A program made the translations under genes and the position numbers. From assembly GCA_016928395.1 (NCBI GenBank), contig JAFGKV010000324.1, positions 1 to 55,702 on the forward strand: DNA of 55,702 bases. The letters run 5' to 3'. How positions within the stretch are numbered: the stretch's first letter is position 1; every line of letters begins with the position of its first letter. The stretch comes from Candidatus Fermentibacterota bacterium. GTDB taxonomy: Bacteria; JAFGKV01. The notes under the pieces are model-generated. The model saw nothing but the letters and a program-made list of their open reading frames with translations, was not told the origin of the DNA and did not search any database. Of the stretch, positions 49,812-55,702 are shown piece after piece.

Positions 49812-50832
49812 GGCGCCTCCCTGTGAGCCAGATGGCACTCACCCAATCCCACATCACCCCGGGATCGAGGTCATACAGGCAGTTGTACTCTGTGAAGCAC
49901 GCCGCATCGCATGAGCGGCAGTCGACGTGGGCACCGGCGAAGCGGAACGCAGGGAGGAATCCCGTCTCCACTGCATTCCTCGAAGGCCGTTCCCCAATGA
50001 GCAGGGAGCAAGGATACACCGCGCCATCGGCATCAACATTGCAGTAGAGCCGCCCTGCCCAGCAATGCACTCCTCCCCGTGGTGCGGCTGATTTCGGAAC
50101 CCCGTAGTCGGGCCAGTGGAGCAGGTAACGAAGATACCGGGTGGAACTGGCGATGGGAGCCCCCTGGCGCTTCAGTACCAGAAGGCGTCTCACCACGTCG
50201 CGGTATTCGGCATCGCTGGCGCGCATGGAATCCGTGGATCCGCCCATGGTCTCGTTGTGATGTAGGAATTGAAATGCCGCCATGGCCTTGAAGCGTTGGG
50301 CATTCTCGAGGAGGTAGTCCACGGCCGAGAGATTGTGGCGGGTGAATACAGAAAGGGTCCACACGCTGACCACGCCGTGAGTAGCCTCCAGAGCAGCCAT
50401 GGCATGGTCAAAGGACCCCTCCTGGCGATTGGTGTCATGGAGTTCGCGGGGCCCATCCAGCGAGATGACCAGGTGATCCAGGTTTTTCACCACGTCGAGC
50501 TTCTTGGGTACCAATGTGCCATTGGTGTCCATGCTGATCCAGAACCCCAGGTCGCGTGCTGCCCGAACAATGTCGCCGATGTCGGGCCTGACCAGCGGTT
50601 CGCCTCCCCAGATGCCCAGGCGAACCGTGCCGGCCGCCTTCATCTCTTCCAGGAGTCCGAGGACTTGTGTCGTAGTCATTTCGGGCTGTTGACGCGCCGG
50701 TATCTGGCAGTATCGGCATCGCTGGTCACACCGGTTTGTCACCGCCAGCATGACATTGAGCGGTGTGCCACCTCCCAGGGCGTTGGCTTTGAGCGCGGCC
50801 GTGCCCATGGCGAACGCGGTGGACAGCTTCAT
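49795..50832 (-). CDS. Radical SAM protein with SPASM/twitch domain
   Basis: CDQRCRYC, GGEP, TNG, ISLDG, CWAG...GAVYPC and CRSC...C. Confidence 0.9.
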   Translation of the reverse strand: MKLSTAFAMGTAALKANALGGGTPLNVMLAVTNRCDQRCRYCQIPARQQPEMTTTQVLGLLEEMKAAGTVRLGIWGGEPLVRPDIGDIVRAARDLGFWISMDTNGTLVPKKLDVVKNLDHLVISLDGPRELHDTNRQEGSFDHAMAALEATHGVVSVWTLSVFTRHNLSAVDYLLENAQRFKAMAAFQFLHHNETMGGSTDSMRASDAEYRDVVRRLLVLKRQGAPIASSTRYLRYLLHWPDYGVPKSAAPRGGVHCWAGRLYCNVDADGAVYPCSLLIGERPSRNAVETGFLPAFRFAGAHVDCRSCDAACFTEYNCLYDLDPGVMWDWVSAIWLTGRRRARTR

Positions 50833-50973
50833 GGCGGCTCCTTCCGGACAGATGGGACCGGGATCTTCTTGAGGGACTCACGCCGGGTTGGGGAGGAACG
50901 ATGCACGCGAATCAAGATAGGCCACTGCTCGCGGGATGAAAGACCGCCGCGCATGCTCACACTGCATCGCATC

Positions 50974-51002
50974 TTGACCGCCGTGGGTATGTACCCTAGC
51001 CT
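50974..51002 (+). promoter_or_regulatory. Putative sigma70 promoter
   Basis: TTGACC-17 nt-TAGCCT. Confidence 0.45.
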
Positions 51003-51047
51003 GTACCATCTCGACACCCAACCGCCACCCTCGAAAGGGGATTCCCC

Positions 51048-51782
51048 ATGGCTCCTCGACGGCATGTGCCTCTTGCTCCCTCACCACTATGCCTCTCCGT
51101 CTTTTTCTGGCTTGTCCTGGCGCCCGCAGGCTCCTCGCGAGCCGACCCTGTGCCCCTGGGTTTTCCCCACGTCGAGGTTGAGCCGGCATCGCTTGGCATC
51201 GACGTGGACTCTGGCAGCGTCGGGACCACCACCTTCCTCGTCAAGAACACCGGGACCGGTGTCCTGATCGTCTACACCATAGAGGATGACGCCTCGTGGT
51301 TGACCGTGGATCCGGCTTCGTTTCAGGTACCGACCGCCGCGGCGCAGACCGTCACGGTGACCATCGATGCCGCTGCTCTTCCCGCGGGCATCTACAACCA
51401 GGTGATCTCCATCTCGTGCAATGACCCTGATCAGCCCGATGTCGCCGTACCCATTCGGGTGCATGTGACAGAGCCCGTGGGTGTGGGACTCTGGGAACCC
51501 GACCGGGTGCTAATCCTTTGCGCTCCGGTTCCGAATCCGTTCACTATCAGCACTGAGATCCGGTTCAACCTCACCGACGCGTCGTTGGTCGTTCTCACCG
51601 TCCATGACCTGTTGGGGCGCGTGGTGACGACTCTGGCGCATGGGGTCATGCCCCCGGGCAGCCACATGGCACGATGGGGGGGAACCAACGCGTGCGGCGA
51701 CGATGTTGCCCCGGGGTTCTACCGAATCCGCCTCATGGCGGGCGACGTGGCCCGCAGCGTCACGGTCGTCCTGGTGCATTAA
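51048..51782 (+). CDS. Secreted BACON/Ig-like protein with FlgD-Ig/T9SS-type C-terminal domain
   Basis: Signal peptide, SWLTVDP, SCNDPD and PNPF...VHDLLGRVV..L...WGG....V.PG.Y. Confidence 0.8.
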   Translation: MAPRRHVPLAPSPLCLSVFFWLVLAPAGSSRADPVPLGFPHVEVEPASLGIDVDSGSVGTTTFLVKNTGTGVLIVYTIEDDASWLTVDPASFQVPTAAAQTVTVTIDAAALPAGIYNQVISISCNDPDQPDVAVPIRVHVTEPVGVGLWEPDRVLILCAPVPNPFTISTEIRFNLTDASLVVLTVHDLLGRVVTTLAHGVMPPGSHMARWGGTNACGDDVAPGFYRIRLMAGDVARSVTVVLVH

Positions 51783-51995
51783 CCAGAACGCGAGTCCGCG
51801 GGCCGATGAGCGGCCCTTGGTCTAGCCGAGGCACACGGCCTGCGACCAGGAAATGGGGGACCGTGTACGGGTAGGGGGTGTCGAGCTGGCGCGTGAAACG
51901 TGTGAGCTTCTCGGCCGGCGAGGCTCTTGATCCGCCAGCCCTGGAGACTATGTTTGCCCGCGTCCGCAGGCGGACGGTCGCCCGAGGAGTGATGC

Positions 51996-52415
51996 ATGGC
52001 TCTTGTCCACTGTACTATCCGGATTCAGACCACCGGTGACTGCGATGTACATGATGTGACCGAAGAGGTCGAAGAGCAGGTCAGTGTCTCTCCGGTGAAG
52101 TGTGGTGTGGTGACCGTCTCGGTGCCCGGCTCCACCGCGGCCGTCACGACCTGCGAGTTCGAGCCGGGCATGGTGCGGGATCTTAAAGCGATCTTCGAGG
52201 AGCTGGTGCCGCGAGCCCGCGACTGGGCGCACAATCGAACCTGGGGCGATGCCAATGGGCATTCACACTTGCGAGCCAGCCTGGTTGGTCCCTCATTGTC
52301 ATTGCCTATCATTGACGGCCAGGTCAGCAGGGGCAGGTGGCAGCAGATCGTGGTGATTGATTTCGACAACCGGCCCCGAGACAGGACGGTGGACGTGCTC
52401 ATACTGGGAGAGTAG
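51996..52415 (+). CDS. yjbQ: YjbQ/UPF0047 family protein
   Basis: DVT, GSTAAV, NGHSHLRASLVG, GRWQ.I...DFD.RPR.R. Confidence 0.9.
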   Translation: MALVHCTIRIQTTGDCDVHDVTEEVEEQVSVSPVKCGVVTVSVPGSTAAVTTCEFEPGMVRDLKAIFEELVPRARDWAHNRTWGDANGHSHLRASLVGPSLSLPIIDGQVSRGRWQQIVVIDFDNRPRDRTVDVLILGE

Positions 52416-52417
52416 CC

Positions 52418-53452
52418 GTGCGACGATACCCGACCCTACGATGGTCTGACGACGCTCCCGAGATTCTTGACCAGACGCTCCTGCCCCACGAGGTGTGTTA
52501 CCTGCGGTGTGCGGAGCTGGATACCCTGGCGGAGGCAATCCGGATGCTCCGGGTGCGGGGAGCCCCCGCCATCGGCCTGGCAGCTGCTTTGGGTCTTGCG
52601 CGGGTTGCGGTGCAAAGCGCGGCCGTTTCAGTGCCTGAGCTGGCGGGCGAGCTGGAGCGGGCTGCTGGGGTCTTGGGTGAAACCAGGCCCACGGCCGTGA
52701 ATCTCTTCTGGGCCATCCAGAGGATGCGGGCGCTATGGTCGCGAGAGTGGGGCGACCCGCAAGAACTGGGCCGCGCAGCGGTGGCCGAGGCATTGGAGAT
52801 GATGGAAGAAGATCGCCGTGCCTGCCGAGCCATGGGGATGCACGGTGCGGCGCTGTTACCCGATCCATGCCGCGTGCTGACCCACTGCAATGCCGGGTAT
52901 CTGGCCACCGCAGACTACGGCACGGCGCTGGCAGTGGTCTATGTCGCCCATGAGCAGGGAAAGAGGGTCAGCGTCTGGGCGGACGAAACACGGCCTCTGC
53001 TCCAGGGGGCGCGGCTCACCGCATGGGAGTTGCAGGAAGCGGGCATACCCGTGACGCTGATTTGTGACAACATGGCGGCGTCGGTTATGGCGAAAGGGGA
53101 GGTGGACGCAGTGATCACGGGCGCCGATCGAATCGCCGCGAATGGCGACACGGCGAACAAGATCGGCACTCTTGGGGTTGCTGTGCTGGCACGGCACTTC
53201 GACATACCGTTCTACGTTGTGGCGCCGCGGTCCACCATCGATCTTGCCACGGCATCCGGCCGCGATATCCCCATCGAAGAGCGGGCGTCGCACGAGGTAA
53301 GCCATGTCCGGGGTGTACAGGTTGCCCCGGCAGGGATCAGAGTGTTTAACCCGGCCTTTGACGTGACGCCGGCTGAGCTGGTGGCTGCTATCATCACCGA
53401 GGAGGGGGTGCACCGGCCACCCTACGGAGACTCACTGGTTCGAAGGCACTAG
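52418..53452 (+). CDS. mtnA: S-methyl-5-thioribose-1-phosphate isomerase
   Basis: LDQTLLP, VRGAPAIG, RPTAVNL, THCNAG, ETRPLLQGARLT, GADRI, NKIGT and NPAFDVTP. Confidence 0.95.
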   Translation: MRRYPTLRWSDDAPEILDQTLLPHEVCYLRCAELDTLAEAIRMLRVRGAPAIGLAAALGLARVAVQSAAVSVPELAGELERAAGVLGETRPTAVNLFWAIQRMRALWSREWGDPQELGRAAVAEALEMMEEDRRACRAMGMHGAALLPDPCRVLTHCNAGYLATADYGTALAVVYVAHEQGKRVSVWADETRPLLQGARLTAWELQEAGIPVTLICDNMAASVMAKGEVDAVITGADRIAANGDTANKIGTLGVAVLARHFDIPFYVVAPRSTIDLATASGRDIPIEERASHEVSHVRGVQVAPAGIRVFNPAFDVTPAELVAAIITEEGVHRPPYGDSLVRRH

Positions 53453-53457
53453 GCATC

Positions 53458-53543
53458 GCGAGAGTGGCGGAACTTGGTAGACGCGCTGGACTTAGGATCC
53501 AGTCCCTCACGGGGTAGGGGTTCGAGTCCCCTCTCTCGCACCA
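53458..53543 (+). tRNA. tRNA-Leu (anticodon UAG)
   Basis: GCGAGAG/CTCTCGC acceptor, CTGGA-CTTAGGA-TCCAG anticodon arm, variable arm, TTCGAGT T-loop, A discriminator and CCA. Confidence 0.96.
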
Positions 53544-53649
53544 GTTGGCTCGCTTCGGGAGTAGTTCTAAGGGTTCAGGGTTCGGGTCGGCCTCAGAGGG
53601 CGCGGGACGCACTCCGATTTTTCGGGGTTGAGAGTACGGCCGGCGGTTG

Positions 53650-53698
53650 GCTATCGGCTGTCAGCTATCGGCTGTCAGCTATCGGCCCTCAGCTATCA
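53650..53698. repeat. Tandem heptamer repeat (GCTRTCR-like x7)
   Basis: GCTATCG GCTGTCA GCTATCG GCTGTCA GCTATCG GCCCTCA GCTATCA. Confidence 0.85.
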
Positions 53699-53732
53699 GG
53701 CCCGCCCAGCGCTACGAGAAACCGTTGCCGTG

Positions 53733-53758
53733 GTAGGGGCGATCGTCCCTGGTCGCCC
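53733..53758 (+). repeat. REP-like element
   Basis: GTAG tetranucleotide followed by the imperfect palindrome GGGCGA...TCGCCC, next to a RAYT remnant. Confidence 0.55.
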
Positions 53759-53866
53759 GCGAAGGAGGGTGCTCTCGGGGTAACCGTCGATGACCCGCCG
53801 ATTCGACCACGACACCGATTGCGACGGGATGCCGGGGACGCCAAACCTCACACACGTCACCGGTTC

Positions 53867-54070
53867 TCAGGTGAGGGGCCTGAAGGTCTCCCTGACGAGA
53901 GAATGCCGGCGTCGACACGTCGCCCGCAGTTGGTCTAGAGGGCTGTAGCGCAGCCGACTTCCATACCGCTCCATATCCATGTCATCCATGAAGATCTTTC
54001 GCCGGTCCATCCCGCGGAAGATCAGAGGATGCAGCGCTCCCGGCGCGTCGATTCGTGATTGCCGTGGCAT
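53867..54070 (-). pseudogene. Truncated REP-associated tyrosine transposase (RAYT / IS200-like Y1)
   Basis: MPRQSRIDAPGALHPLIFRGMDRRKIF.DD.D N-terminus typical of RAYTs; similarity lost before the HUH motif. Confidence 0.78.
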
Positions 54071-54246
54071 GCTGACAAGCGTATGCCTCGCTCTCTCGAT
54101 TCGCAGTTGGCATTTTACCAACGTGCATAGACTGCGTTACGCCGCGTGGCGCCTGGGTTGCCGCTTCACTGCTCAGTGATCATTCCCTTACTCGATAGTG
54201 CATGAATGCAATGCCTGCGTCCGTTCTAGGCCCGGTCAGCTCTCTG

Positions 54247-55236
54247 CTATCGGGTGGAGATTATCCTACCCAGGCGAACCGCCCCATCAGTCTTAAGCCA
54301 GCAGACATACGCGCCCGACGGAACCACGCGTCCCCGCGCATCTCTTCCGTCCCAGCGAGTGGTATGATGCCCTGCCGATGAGATCGTGGCGTTCTCAAGA
54401 ACTCGCACTGTGCGCCCCTGCAGATCGAGGATCTGAAGACACACACGGGTCTCGTTCGAAAGGAAGTAGCTGAGGCTGGTGGACTCGCCAAACGGATTGG
54501 GATAGCACTGGTAGAGCACATAGCTGGGTTCAGGCAACCCGGGCGGTGTCTCCTCCCCCGCGCTCACCGGCGATACCCACGCAAGCGCATTCTCCAACAG
54601 CTTCCCACCGTTGGCCGGATCGTCACCCCAGAAAGCGTAGTACCAGGCTTGTAGATGATTGAAGTACACGATCAAGCCTGATCCGAGCGAGTACGTGGCC
54701 GCAAAGGGCGTCTGATCGTCCCACTGCAAGAGCACATGCGCACCCGGTTTGAAGACGGGGCTCGTGGAATACCCCGCGAACGCGCACGCTGGGGAAACCC
54801 CCGTGCACACAGGATGGTCGAGATCAACAACCGTCGCGTTGGTTCTCCAATCCCACCCGGAGCAGCTCTCCACAGGATTCGACTCGGCGGTCAGGTTGAA
54901 GTCGCCTGCTTCCACGATCCCTTCAAGGATCAGAAGGCCGTTGCCGGCGTTCACGAAGTCGTCGACCACAGCATCAGGGATGTTCTCATCATCCGAGCCC
55001 CCACCCATGAGTACGAGGATGTCGTATCCCGCGAGAGTCGCCGGAAGGGAATCGGAACGTGTCACGGCATACCCAAGGCTCTCGACGAACTCCTCCATGG
55101 CATCAAGTGATGATCCCGGCGATAGCCCTATCCAGCCAGAAAACAGGACGCTCTGAGCCCCGGCACCCTCAGAGAAGACAAACCCCATGAGCACAAAGAG
55201 AATGAGTACACTCCACACGATTCTTCTCATCACCAT
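54247..55236 (-). CDS. Secreted protein with glutamine-amidotransferase-like domain and FlgD-Ig/T9SS-type C-terminal domain
   Basis: Signal peptide, DFVNAGNGL, LLENALAW and YPNPF...ILDLQGRTVR.L...WDGRDARGR.V.SGAY. Confidence 0.8.
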   Translation of the reverse strand: MVMRRIVWSVLILFVLMGFVFSEGAGAQSVLFSGWIGLSPGSSLDAMEEFVESLGYAVTRSDSLPATLAGYDILVLMGGGSDDENIPDAVVDDFVNAGNGLLILEGIVEAGDFNLTAESNPVESCSGWDWRTNATVVDLDHPVCTGVSPACAFAGYSTSPVFKPGAHVLLQWDDQTPFAATYSLGSGLIVYFNHLQAWYYAFWGDDPANGGKLLENALAWVSPVSAGEETPPGLPEPSYVLYQCYPNPFGESTSLSYFLSNETRVCLQILDLQGRTVRVLENATISSAGHHTTRWDGRDARGRVVPSGAYVCWLKTDGAVRLGRIISTR

Positions 55237-55505
55237 CCCTCCTCCGGTTCTGGCATAGGCGATTGGCCCCGATCGAAGCCGAGACGACCCATGCCGAGCT
55301 GAAATTCGCCCTGACCTCACCGACATCGTGCAGTTATGCGACTAGACCTCCTTCCTCGGTCGCCGTTGGCTTCGGCACGTCCTTGACCGCAGCTCACAAC
55401 GAGTGCGGCAGTACCCTGGCCGAATGCTCGATCTGCATTCGCCCGTTCTTCACACCGCCGAGTAGCTGATCCGCACAACTCCTCTTGCTCTTCTTTGGCC
55501 GCTCT

Positions 55506-55702
55506 CTGTACTACCGAATGCCCGTCAAAGGAGAGGTTGTGTCCCAGATTGTGTGGCAAATGTGATTTCACTGGCGTGAACGAGGAGAAGAGTGTGGGTA
55601 TGCACGCGAATGCGCAAGAGGCGGGGAGAGAGCCGGTGACAGTGGTGATGGACGCAGGGATCGCGACGGAGGAGAACCTGAGGAAGCTGCGGGGGAAGTA
55701 TC
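55506..55702 (+). mobile_element. IS1634-family-like transposase fragment (runs off the window end)
   Basis: Frame from ATG 55600 encodes TVVMDAGIATEENLRKLRGKY, resembling the second-Asp DDE motif of IS1634 transposases; the left boundary is approximate. Confidence 0.65.

Noticed and set aside
53891-53935. CTGACGA resembling a hammerhead core
   Set aside because: No stem II followed by GAAA and no matching cleavage triplet arrangement
1-55702. CRISPR array or cas genes
   Set aside because: No regularly spaced direct repeats and no Cas motifs seen
1-55702. Selenoprotein with in-frame UGA
   Set aside because: All identified CDSs ending in TGA appear complete, and I saw no UGA at a conserved Cys position; a SECIS search would be needed to exclude short ones

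Overview
GC-rich (roughly 60-65% by eye) chromosomal window of a diderm, probably anaerobic bacterium. Several proteins with T9SS-type C-terminal domains and a C25 peptidase suggest the wider FCB group (inference). It contains: tRNA-Sec(UCA); the rimP-nusA-infB-DUF503-rbfA-truB-ribF-rpsO-pnp-M16 operon; a two-subunit proline-dehydrogenase/sarcosine-oxidase-like flavo-FeS enzyme; a long minus-strand envelope run (degenerate SGNH, flippase, waaF, gpmI, AmrB-AmrA fusion, DUF362, AmrS, GT2, PorU-like C25 peptidase); hypAB; archaeal-type pheS/pheT; yjbQ-mtnA-tRNA-Leu; and a decayed mobile patch (heptamer repeats, REP-like element, RAYT remnant, IS1634-like fragment). The most interesting signals are: an AmmeMemoRadiSam module whose three proteins all carry export-like N-termini (two twin-arginine); a lytic transglycosylase domain embedded in a beta-barrel-like protein; a four-Cys insert in archaeal-type PheT; a tRNA-Sec one base longer than the usual bacterial layout; probable CTG starts on two tRNA-modification genes; and several long structured intergenic regions. 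All family assignments come from motif recognition, not database searches.
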